Source: a virus (lineage: Duplodnaviria > Caudoviricetes). Taken from it: a DNA stretch of 38,653 bases. Below are positions 24,333-32,482 of the stretch, piece by piece; position 1 is the stretch's first letter; each line of letters opens with the position of its first letter. The position numbers and the translations under genes were made by a program. The stretch covers positions 1-38,653 of the IMG/VR virus record IMGVR_UViG_3300012664_000446. The stretch is one strand, 5' to 3'. The notes beneath the pieces are model-generated. The model saw nothing but the letters and a program-made list of their open reading frames with translations, did not search any database and was not told the DNA's origin.

Positions 24333-27150
24333 TAGAAATTACTCCGTACGTTCCCACCCGACAGGGAACAGCTTCCTACTAGCGAATTCAGGGCAACTGA
24401 TTCGTGAAGAGGTTACTATCGTTTTGGATTTCGATTTCAAAAGCGACGTGAACGTTCAGGCGCTTGTCATGGCTACCAATAAAATTCAAGTGCTACAAGG
24501 TACTTGGGGCGAGAGAGGTTTTGCACTTGGCGATACTGTTACTCTTGCAGGCGGTATTTCCGTAAACGATGGAACGACAACGGCAACGATAGTTCTTAAC
24601 CCTGTAACGACGTACACTATTACCGACTTAATTGGTAACGTTATGACGCTTTCAGCTGATTACGTACCTACTTGGGCGGTGTCTTCGTTGATGCCTACGA
24701 CAACTAACTACCCTTTACAGGTTAAAAACGCATCGCGTACACAACCAGCGGCAATAGATTTTTTCCATAACTTGATCCCCAATAACGCAACAGGTGGCGA
24801 CACGTCGCTACTTGATGGAGAGGTAAACAGATTCAAGGTTCAAGAGGTTTCCTCTATGAGCGTCGGGGCTGTTTTGGATTTCGAGTTCATGGGGAATCGT
24901 TCGGGCGGTTCGTACATTACAGCAAGCATCGAGAGACTAGCCGACGTAGGAACGGACGTATCGTATTTAGTTGTATTGGAGTACTTCTCTCCCTATCAAT
25001 TCGAAGATGCTGATTTCTTGGAGCCGTCTTGGTTCTTAGCCAACGCGACCGTTAAACCTTATTACCGTTTCCAAGCATTTTCGCAAGGGAACAACCCCAA
25101 CAGTGCGCTGTCTTTAACGTATAGCGAGTACTTGGGTAACGTTGGTTGGTTCAACGAGAGCTACAACCAAGGGGAAAACGACTTCGTTATTGAGGACGTG
25201 GTTTTGACAACAGTATCGGCTACGCCTTTAGCTGAGGTCGACTACTCCCAAGATACGATTGTAACGGTTACGGTTTCAGGTCCAGTAGATTTTCTAGCAA
25301 TGGCAGAAATCCAATTCACGTTAATTCCTGACATTGATTTAGTTAAAAATAAGCCACAGATAAACGCTGATTTAATCTCGCTTTCCAATTCGTTTTGCGA
25401 TTTCACAGGTGCGCCCGCTGTCGTTAACACTGTTCGCGGAGTAAGCTCCCGAACTATCGCTATCGAAGACCAAGACGTAGACGTGGCAACAGCGAACACA
25501 ATAATCGCTACTTTCAAACTGGCTCCGTCTTCTGAATTCACTGATTACATCGAAGGGCTAGCAAGCGAAGCTCGCAGATATCGTCTAGCTCTTACAGTTG
25601 AGAGCGAGGCAGGAACCGCGAATTTGAACAACGGCGTTTCATTGATCGTCAAAGAAGGATATTTAGACAAAGCACCTATCGAGGGTGGACCGTTCGGAGG
25701 TTTAACGCTTCGTGGGTTTTTGAACCACAAACAACTAAGCTCAGACGTTCCTGCTACAGATTTCGACGGATGTACTGAGGACGATATGCTGTATAAATCC
25801 TTGTTTGTTTTAGACAAAGGCGCGGTTTGGAAATCATTAATTTTAGCCGTTGAGGTTTACCGTTTATCGGATGGTGTGAATTTCGCACTTCAAACTCAAA
25901 CGATTTCCTTCGAGAATTTCTTGGTGGATTCAAACGGTATTATTCAGATTTTCCACACGGAAGGGGTGCAACAGTTTTTAGAAGCTCCTGACCGAAACAA
26001 AATACAACTCAATTTAACAGGCACTACAACCTCAACGACTTATGAAGTAGAACTGCTTTGGTCAATGATGGCTAACTGGCGTTACTGGTTAGCACAGGCT
26101 AACGCTTTGCCTGAGTTCATAGATTCAGCTTTGCCGAATTTCGGGAAAAGCAAGGATTGGATTCGATATTTACAAGAGGCTGGATTCGCAGTTCGCGCCA
26201 AATGTACACTTGTGGACGATTTGGACACGGGGTATTATTGGGCGAGCCTTATTAGTTTACAAGACTACGATGCTTCTGCGCAAGTTACAAGTACTATCGA
26301 GTATTACGACGAGTCGAACACGCTACAAACGTCTTTGATTTCAGGGCAGAATATGCGCATAAAAGCAATTCATACTTTGTCCTCAGGTTCTTGGGGTACT
26401 GACCTTTGGGGCTGGATTTCTTTACGCCCTTCACAAGCAGAGCCGAACAAACGTATCTCTACAGAATGGGATTGGACCAGTATCTCTTATCCTTTGAAAC
26501 CTTTGACGGGTGAAACTCGCGCAACCTTAGTCCTTCCAACGCCCGACGTGGCAGTAGTGGAGTGCTTGGTTGATACAGCGATGATTGATGTAGAGGCAGT
26601 AACGGTAATCTCACGAATAGAAGCACCTTCCGCGCCTTTGTGTACTTCGCCTATCAATTGGCTGTTTAACTACATTATCTCGCACTCTGAGACTGAGGCG
26701 GATTTCCTTACGATTATGGAGGACGTTTTATCAGGCACAGATGTTACGCTTGCGAAAATATGCTGTCCTGACTGTTCCGTAGATATCGACAGTGTTACAA
26801 CTGAGATTTACGCCTTTGGACCAGCTGACGGCATAGACGCACTTGTTGATACGTTCTACGGCGACCCGTGTTGTTGGGATGCGTACAAACGTTTCGTGGG
26901 ATGCGAAATGGATTTCGATGTGGCGGTAGATGATTTCCTTGAAGGATTAACGGGAGACATTCCTGCGCTACTTGCGCTCGTTCCCTCACAAATCAACTCG
27001 TTTAGTTCTAACTCTTTTGCAACTATCGCGAGTAGAATTAACGCCTTGACAACTGACGGGGCTATCAGATACGCACTATTTCACTCACTGCTAACACAAG
27101 GATTAGTTTTCAAGTGTATCGACGGTGAAAAATACTTTTCAAGACTTTAA
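24313..27150 (+). CDS. Large acidic beta-rich tail tip/baseplate protein with Cys-rich C-terminal domain
   Basis: 945 aa; position in the tail module. Confidence 0.65.
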   Translation: MALSIVDRNYSVRSHPTGNSFLLANSGQLIREEVTIVLDFDFKSDVNVQALVMATNKIQVLQGTWGERGFALGDTVTLAGGISVNDGTTTATIVLNPVTTYTITDLIGNVMTLSADYVPTWAVSSLMPTTTNYPLQVKNASRTQPAAIDFFHNLIPNNATGGDTSLLDGEVNRFKVQEVSSMSVGAVLDFEFMGNRSGGSYITASIERLADVGTDVSYLVVLEYFSPYQFEDADFLEPSWFLANATVKPYYRFQAFSQGNNPNSALSLTYSEYLGNVGWFNESYNQGENDFVIEDVVLTTVSATPLAEVDYSQDTIVTVTVSGPVDFLAMAEIQFTLIPDIDLVKNKPQINADLISLSNSFCDFTGAPAVVNTVRGVSSRTIAIEDQDVDVATANTIIATFKLAPSSEFTDYIEGLASEARRYRLALTVESEAGTANLNNGVSLIVKEGYLDKAPIEGGPFGGLTLRGFLNHKQLSSDVPATDFDGCTEDDMLYKSLFVLDKGAVWKSLILAVEVYRLSDGVNFALQTQTISFENFLVDSNGIIQIFHTEGVQQFLEAPDRNKIQLNLTGTTTSTTYEVELLWSMMANWRYWLAQANALPEFIDSALPNFGKSKDWIRYLQEAGFAVRAKCTLVDDLDTGYYWASLISLQDYDASAQVTSTIEYYDESNTLQTSLISGQNMRIKAIHTLSSGSWGTDLWGWISLRPSQAEPNKRISTEWDWTSISYPLKPLTGETRATLVLPTPDVAVVECLVDTAMIDVEAVTVISRIEAPSAPLCTSPINWLFNYIISHSETEADFLTIMEDVLSGTDVTLAKICCPDCSVDIDSVTTEIYAFGPADGIDALVDTFYGDPCCWDAYKRFVGCEMDFDVAVDDFLEGLTGDIPALLALVPSQINSFSSNSFATIASRINALTTDGAIRYALFHSLLTQGLVFKCIDGEKYFSRL

Positions 27151-27153
27151 ACA

Positions 27154-28923
27154 ATGGGAGCAAGAAACGTTCACAAAGAAGAAAAAAACATCTTCAAATT
27201 ACCTGTAGAGGCAATCGCAGAGGACAGAGGACTGTCATTCTGTGAAGTGCCTCAGTTGGTTGTGGCTTCGCTCGAGGATGCTGCATACTATAAAAACGAT
27301 AGAACCTCGTTCGCCTTCAAGTTCGACTCCATGGACGTCTATCTAGTCGACGCTTCGGGCAACGAGTACGAAGCCCCAGGAACAGCGATAGCGTTCCCGT
27401 ATCAGTCTGACGCGGTCGGGTTCGTAATTGATTGGCGACAAGTCGTAGAGGGCGGAACTCTTATTCAAGGATGTTGGAGAGTGAAAGTGTACTGGAACAT
27501 CGCGGGTAATACGGGTTTTTTTTGGTACGGTAGCTATGACTTGAAAGAATACAGCCCCTTCAACGTTCGCGGAACTGTGCGACTGTTTGTAGTGCTGAAC
27601 GACTTAGTGCGCAAGCAAGGCATCAATTACAAAGATTCAGGCTTCGCTGGAACTGTTCGCTTCAAAGGGTTCTTTGGCGACATGCAACCCAATTACGACA
27701 CTGAGAACATTATTTACACTGACAGAACGCGCGAGAAGGTGCGCAACGAAGCACTGAGAACTTACGAGCTACGATCAAACTATTTGTTGCACTGCATGAC
27801 TCGCCTAATTGACGAGGAGCATTTACTCGCGGCGAATCAAATTTATATTTCTGACCATAACGCACAGAACCACGTGCAGAATTATTACGACTTCCCTGTG
27901 GTTTTATCGCAGGAAGAAAGTCCAAAGTTCGACTACACTGGAACGGTTTACGCTAAAATTACGGCGTTGTTCAACGACAAGGTGCAAGTACACGAGTCCA
28001 AATACGACGGGAACATCAAAGGCTCGTCGAATATTATTTTGAGTCTGCCCACCATTGTTAGTTCTCCTACTCCATGTGCGGATGCCGACGTAACAGTTAA
28101 CGGCGAGGCGTTCGGCTCTGCTCCTAGTGGTGGCTCTTTGGACGTGCTCGTTAAGGCATCGGACGGCGACTCGGTTGGAGCGTTAGCGGGTAGTGTTTGG
28201 TCGATTGGAGACTCAGAGGTAAGTATCAACAGTACTGTTGTTGCGAACGTTCCAGCAACAGATAGTCTAGGCATTGCCGTAGAGCTTGACGGCTCACCAG
28301 CTGGAACGTGGAATGCAGGTACCCAAACTTGGGAGGTTACGGGCGTTGCTCCCGACTACAACAGCGCGGAATTAATGAAAACAGGTCAAACTAGTTCAGG
28401 AGCTACAAATGACGACGGAAATTTACAAAAAGGTCGTGGGACTTCGTTTTTTGTACTGAGCCACAATACGCCATTCGGAAATACTAACAGATTTACAAGC
28501 GATAATTACGCAGCGCAAACAACGTACACAAACAAAATTATGATTGATTGGAGTACGTATAGAAATGGGCTGGTAACAGGTTACTATTTTGGACAGATGG
28601 ACGGAACAAATAGAGCTTGGGGTGCTGCTGTAGCGTGGGGCGCGGCTTTAAGTGTTGCAGGATTTACAAGCGGTTGGAGACTGACAAATGATCTTGAGTT
28701 ATTCAACATCAGAAACGCAGGGGCTGTATACGCCTTACATTATGCGCCGTTAAATTCTTTCGGATTACTATCTGTTGGGTTTTGGTCATCTACTCAAAGC
28801 GATGCCTCAAATGCTTTTCGTTTGTATAACATTGATAAAGGGTTGGCGCCTATTGGGAAGGCAAACCTACTCCGTTGCATTGCTTGCCGAACATTCACCG
28901 TAACAGGAACAGCATTAACATAA
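27154..28923 (+). CDS. Tail fibre/receptor-binding protein with C-terminal DUF1566 (Lcl)/C-type-lectin-like domain
   Basis: N-terminal structural domain, two ~43-aa beta repeats, then MIDWST..GL, W..A, GFTSGWRL.N..EL, FWSST and a terminal C..CR. Confidence 0.75.
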   Translation: MGARNVHKEEKNIFKLPVEAIAEDRGLSFCEVPQLVVASLEDAAYYKNDRTSFAFKFDSMDVYLVDASGNEYEAPGTAIAFPYQSDAVGFVIDWRQVVEGGTLIQGCWRVKVYWNIAGNTGFFWYGSYDLKEYSPFNVRGTVRLFVVLNDLVRKQGINYKDSGFAGTVRFKGFFGDMQPNYDTENIIYTDRTREKVRNEALRTYELRSNYLLHCMTRLIDEEHLLAANQIYISDHNAQNHVQNYYDFPVVLSQEESPKFDYTGTVYAKITALFNDKVQVHESKYDGNIKGSSNIILSLPTIVSSPTPCADADVTVNGEAFGSAPSGGSLDVLVKASDGDSVGALAGSVWSIGDSEVSINSTVVANVPATDSLGIAVELDGSPAGTWNAGTQTWEVTGVAPDYNSAELMKTGQTSSGATNDDGNLQKGRGTSFFVLSHNTPFGNTNRFTSDNYAAQTTYTNKIMIDWSTYRNGLVTGYYFGQMDGTNRAWGAAVAWGAALSVAGFTSGWRLTNDLELFNIRNAGAVYALHYAPLNSFGLLSVGFWSSTQSDASNAFRLYNIDKGLAPIGKANLLRCIACRTFTVTGTALT

Positions 28924-28943
28924 ACTTTTTAACCACTCTCACA

Positions 28944-29165
28944 ATGACTATTAAACTATTAAACTTTACTGCTACAATTGACGTCGAAAGCATTGAGGTA
29001 ACTCACGTAAACGACGACGTAAAAAACAAAATAGCGAGCGTTGATTTACTAATAAATGGTAAATTCACGACCTCGTTACACGGTTTCACCTATTCAGATT
29101 CTTGGGAAGACGAAGAGGTGCTAGCGTGGGCGAACAAGGAATTAATAAATTACCAAATAGAATGA
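28944..29165 (+). CDS. Small tail-fibre-associated protein (73 aa)
   Basis: ATG at 28944 after an A-rich leader; W.D.EVLAW pattern; lies between the RBP and holin genes. Confidence 0.6.
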   Translation: MTIKLLNFTATIDVESIEVTHVNDDVKNKIASVDLLINGKFTTSLHGFTYSDSWEDEEVLAWANKELINYQIE

Positions 29166-29578
29166 CTTTTAAAGACCATCTAAAAGAATCAGTCCTGCAT
29201 ACGTTGCCAATTGTCGCGGCGTTCTTTGCGCCTGCGATTTACATCGCCATTTTAATTTTCATCATTACGCTAGTTGATACTTGGCTAGGAGTGAGAGCCG
29301 CTAAGTTCTCGGGCAAATCAATTACAACAAATAGGTTTAGCGATTTATTCGCCAAAATTCTTGGCTACGGTATTTTCTTAACGGTTGGCTTGCTTATCAA
29401 TAAAATAACAGGCTGGAAGTACGGCGTTTGGCTCACTGGTATTGTGCCAATTTATACCGAAATTAAAAGTATTGACGAAAACCAAAAGACTTTAGGGAAA
29501 AAAGGTATAATTTCGCAAGTAGAAGAGGTCTACAAAGTTGTAGTGAAAATCAAGAAAAAACGAGACGATTTAAGATAA
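29162..29578 (+). CDS. Holin (phage holin 4-like)
   Basis: TM segments; LVDTWLGV..A and EIKSIDEN motifs. Confidence 0.85.
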   Translation: MTFKDHLKESVLHTLPIVAAFFAPAIYIAILIFIITLVDTWLGVRAAKFSGKSITTNRFSDLFAKILGYGIFLTVGLLINKITGWKYGVWLTGIVPIYTEIKSIDENQKTLGKKGIISQVEEVYKVVVKIKKKRDDLR

Positions 29579-30120
29579 TGAAAAAAACACTAAAAATATT
29601 AGCTATTAGCCTCTTGGCTATCTTCGCCTTGGCCCTTTCCAGTTGTTCAGCTGAGAAGCACCTAGAACTAGCCGAGAAGCACACGCAAAAGGCTATCGAG
29701 AAGGGTGCGGTTATCGAAGCAGATACGGCGTACAAATACATTTATAGTACTGATACCTTAATCAAGGACGGCAAAGTGGTTTTAGTGCCTAAAATCGACT
29801 CGATACCATACCAAGTTACAAACACCGTCCAAGTGGTTAAACATTTGAGCCGTCAAGAGCGTAAAGCCTTGAAAGATTCTATGGATCATGTGGAGAAAAT
29901 GTACAAACTTGAAACCAAACGCCTTGACAAACTAGCTAAAAGGAACGTGGCACTAACGAAGGAGCTGCGTAAGAGCACAAATTCACTAATCAAACAGAAT
30001 ATTAAGCTAGCAAAAGTAGAGAAGCGAGGGGGCTTTAATCAAACGCTTAAAAGTATAGGGCTTCTCTGCGCCATTGTTGCAGTTATCTTTTTAATTTTCC
30101 GATTTATTTTACCTAAGTAA
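29578..30120 (+). CDS. Putative unimolecular spanin
   Basis: Lipoprotein signal with lipobox LSSC plus a C-terminal TM helix (IGLLCAIVAVIFLIFRFIL); lies between holin and endolysin. Confidence 0.7.
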   Translation: MKKTLKILAISLLAIFALALSSCSAEKHLELAEKHTQKAIEKGAVIEADTAYKYIYSTDTLIKDGKVVLVPKIDSIPYQVTNTVQVVKHLSRQERKALKDSMDHVEKMYKLETKRLDKLAKRNVALTKELRKSTNSLIKQNIKLAKVEKRGGFNQTLKSIGLLCAIVAVIFLIFRFILPK

Positions 30121-30122
30121 TT

Positions 30123-30743
30123 ATGTACGACGAAAAATACAAGAATAAAACGATTGAAGGTTCAGTATTTCCTGACTCTCCCGTTTTGAACAACGTCAAA
30201 ATTTCATTTTCTGACGAGATTATTAACAAGTATATTCCCGCATGGAACAACGTCAAAGCCCCTTTAGGCGTTAAATTGTTGTGCCTAATTATGGCAGACC
30301 ACGAGGGTTTTTGGGGTAAAAGTGCGAAGCATAGAACCTCGACACGTTCCTTCAGAACAAACAATCCGGGTAACATCGGGAACACTGACAACGGCAGTAA
30401 CGTTTCATTTCCAACTTTAGAGGCTGGAATCGAAGCGCAAGTAAAATACTTCAACAAGATTCTATCCGGAACGTCAAAGGCCTATCCGCTTAATAAATTG
30501 GTGGTAATTAAACCGTATTTCTCTCAGGAAATTGCGGACAACTTCGCCACTTACAAAAAGTCTCCTTGGCTCCCTGGTTATAAATTTGTATTCACAGGAC
30601 GTTTGGATCAGTTCATCAAAATATATTCCACAGGCGCACGCTCAGGCAATCAGTATTTAAGTGAAATCGTTTCTTTCTACAAGAACCACGGACACGATAT
30701 TACAGGCGCGACGACCTTACAAGAATTAGCGGCTATTCAGTAG
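30123..30743 (+). CDS. Endolysin, lysozyme-like fold (NNPGNI family)
   Basis: Putative catalytic E in DHEG; RTNNPGNIG...FPTLEAGIEAQ; last gene of the lysis cassette. Confidence 0.75.
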   Translation: MYDEKYKNKTIEGSVFPDSPVLNNVKISFSDEIINKYIPAWNNVKAPLGVKLLCLIMADHEGFWGKSAKHRTSTRSFRTNNPGNIGNTDNGSNVSFPTLEAGIEAQVKYFNKILSGTSKAYPLNKLVVIKPYFSQEIADNFATYKKSPWLPGYKFVFTGRLDQFIKIYSTGARSGNQYLSEIVSFYKNHGHDITGATTLQELAAIQ

Positions 30744-30789
30744 CCCGAAGATAAACAGGCGGTTTTACCTCAACTTTTCCGCTGGTTTC

Positions 30790-30819
30790 AGTCCTTGCAT
30801 TGATTTGTGAGGACTTTTT
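30790..30819 (+). terminator. Terminator of the late/lysis operon
   Basis: AGTCCTTGCA...TGTGAGGAC followed by TTTTT. Confidence 0.75.
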
Positions 30820-30854
30820 CTTGCTTATTAAAATCATTTTAGTACATTAGCGAA

Positions 30855-30938
30855 AAATCCAAGACTAGGAAATAACTGCCAAGGCGTTTCCTATCTGCTT
30901 CAAATGACCTCTGAGATGGCGGTCTCGGAGGTTTTTTT
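30855..30938 (+). ncRNA. Candidate ~85-nt small RNA
   Basis: Promoter-like TTG-19nt-TACATTAG (30821-30850), hairpin at 30866-30893, terminator hairpin at 30907-30932 followed by a T-run to 30938; no ORF inside. Confidence 0.4.
30907..30938 (+). terminator. Rho-independent terminator
   Basis: ACCTCTGAGAT-GGCG-GTCTCGGAGG followed by a T-run (30932-30938). Confidence 0.8.
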
Positions 30939-30939
30939 C

Positions 30940-30970
30940 TACGTAGAAATACGTAAGTAGAAATACGTAA
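30940..30970. repeat. Tandem 14-bp repeat GTAGAAATACGTAA x2 containing TACGTA palindromes; operator-like
   Basis: Exact copies at 30943-30956 and 30957-30970; TACGTA at 30940, 30950 and 30964. Confidence 0.7.
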
Positions 30971-30991
30971 TTTTCAAAACTCGATTGACTT

Positions 30992-31026
30992 TTTGCATTT
31001 TGGTAATTCCAAAGGCTGTATGTTTG
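30992..31026 (+). promoter_or_regulatory. Rightward promoter for the small-gene cluster
   Basis: TATGTTTG at 31019-31026 matches TAnnTTTG, with TTTG upstream. Confidence 0.65.
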
Positions 31027-31049
31027 TAAGGTAATCAAAAATATAAGTC

Positions 31050-31256
31050 ATGAGTTTACAGAAAAAAGCAGACAAGGTGCTAACCTTAGCGAAAGAAGCC
31101 GACAACAAGTTAAAAGCCATGAAGGAGTGGAACATGGACGAACGCACCGAGACAAAGTTCACAGACAAGGAAATTGAAATGACCGACAAGGCACAAAGAC
31201 GACTTTGGGCGTATTGGATCAAGTTAGACACTCGCGTAAAAATGGAGCTATGTTAA
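31050..31256 (+). CDS. Hypothetical protein
   Basis: 68-aa ORF directly after the promoter. Confidence 0.7.
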   Translation: MSLQKKADKVLTLAKEADNKLKAMKEWNMDERTETKFTDKEIEMTDKAQRRLWAYWIKLDTRVKMELC

Positions 31257-31579
31257 AAGTGAAATTAACGCATGTCAACATGCACGATGAAAGCCTAGGT
31301 TTTGTAGAGGGTGGGATTATCGAAGGTCGGATTTCAGGAAATCTTTTTGTAGCTGACCATTTAGGACACGTTTTCCTTCGTTCTCAATACGAACTAATAG
31401 AACCGCAAAAAGACGAATTGGTCCTAGTGAAAGACGGCGACGACCATACGTGGGAAGCACGTTATTTCTCGCACCTTGAAAAGGATTTGTTTTACTGCTT
31501 CAAATACTCGCAGTCTAGCAAAGAGACCAACGAGGTCGAGAGTTGGAAAGTGTTGCAACGTATAAAACTTGTGGACTGA
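31250..31579 (+). CDS. Hypothetical protein
   Basis: Start at MLKVKL; C-terminal VLVKD...W..RYF pattern seen in phage hypotheticals. Confidence 0.7.
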   Translation: MLKVKLTHVNMHDESLGFVEGGIIEGRISGNLFVADHLGHVFLRSQYELIEPQKDELVLVKDGDDHTWEARYFSHLEKDLFYCFKYSQSSKETNEVESWKVLQRIKLVD

Positions 31580-31953
31580 TGAGCGGGTGGAAAGAAGCAA
31601 GAGCCTTTATGCTCTCTAAAATCAAAAGCGACAAGGTGCTAGGTAGGGCATGCGTAGGCTTGCCAGCTACTCGCGTTATTCTTATCCGCGACTTTATCCA
31701 ATCAGATGCCTATAGAAGCCACGAGCAAGTACGCGACGTGTTCGGACTGCACCGCAGACAAGCGGAAGTCCTTTGCCTTTATTTCCGCGATACGAGTTAC
31801 GCGGGCAAAGGAGTAGTTTTTGGACATAAGGCAGAAGCCTATTGGACAGAGGAGCAAATGCTGAACGAGCCGAAATACTCAGTTGATGAGTTGAAAGGCG
31901 AAGAATTAGAAATCTTAAATACAATATACCATGAACAAAGAGAACAAGCCTAG
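31579..31953 (+). CDS. Hypothetical protein
   Basis: TGATG overlap with the previous gene (MSGWKE...). Confidence 0.7.
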   Translation: MSGWKEARAFMLSKIKSDKVLGRACVGLPATRVILIRDFIQSDAYRSHEQVRDVFGLHRRQAEVLCLYFRDTSYAGKGVVFGHKAEAYWTEEQMLNEPKYSVDELKGEELEILNTIYHEQREQA

Positions 31954-32170
31954 TGGCTTAAGACTGATTGTGCTGTTAATTATCTTCCTTTTATGGGCAG
32001 GATTCCTGGCAGTTGTTTATTTGGCTCAAAACAAAGAGCGAAAAATCCAATTTCGTAGATTTTCCAGCGACGAGGTCGTAGTAGCTGATATCATCCTACA
32101 TGACTGGGCGAAAGACCCAACACTGAGCCAAAAGAAAATGAACCATTTTAACGAATTATTGAGCAGATGA
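31931..32170 (+). CDS. Small membrane-anchored protein
   Basis: TM segment LIVLLIIFLLWAGFLAVVYL. Confidence 0.7.
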   Translation: MNKENKPSGLRLIVLLIIFLLWAGFLAVVYLAQNKERKIQFRRFSSDEVVVADIILHDWAKDPTLSQKKMNHFNELLSR

Positions 32171-32391
32171 CAGTCTACTATCGAGTAATAGAGGTTTGGT
32201 GCAAATATCCTTTTCATCAAGAAATAGACTATCGATATTGCGTTTTCTCCCTATTCTCAAACTACAAAACGTTTGATAAAAATTTGCTCGATTTCAGAAT
32301 GGATTCTCAAACCTCTATAGAGCAGAAGAAAATAGCTCTTTCAGAATTTCTAGGCAAACCCGTTAAGAACGTAATTAAGCTAAAGCACTAA
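32167..32391 (+). CDS. Hypothetical protein
   Basis: ATGA overlap; ends just before the terminator. Confidence 0.65.
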   Translation: MTVYYRVIEVWCKYPFHQEIDYRYCVFSLFSNYKTFDKNLLDFRMDSQTSIEQKKIALSEFLGKPVKNVIKLKH

Positions 32392-32395
32392 ACAG

Positions 32396-32420
32396 AAAAA
32401 GGCAGTCGATGACTGCCTTT
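32396..32420. terminator. Bidirectional terminator at convergent operons
   Basis: Perfect stem AAAGGCAGTC-GAT-GACTGCCTTT with A/T flanks. Confidence 0.85.
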
Positions 32421-32482
32421 AACTTGTAACCTAAAAATCATTCGCTTTAAACGAAACCACTTAGAAGCCACTAAGATATAAA

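Noticed and set aside
27154-31049. Complete diversity-generating retroelement
   Set aside because: No reverse transcriptase ORF and no template repeat seen.
30744-31049. tRNA gene in the intergenic region
   Set aside because: No cloverleaf or T-loop GTTCRA motif seen; the hairpins fit terminators or an sRNA.
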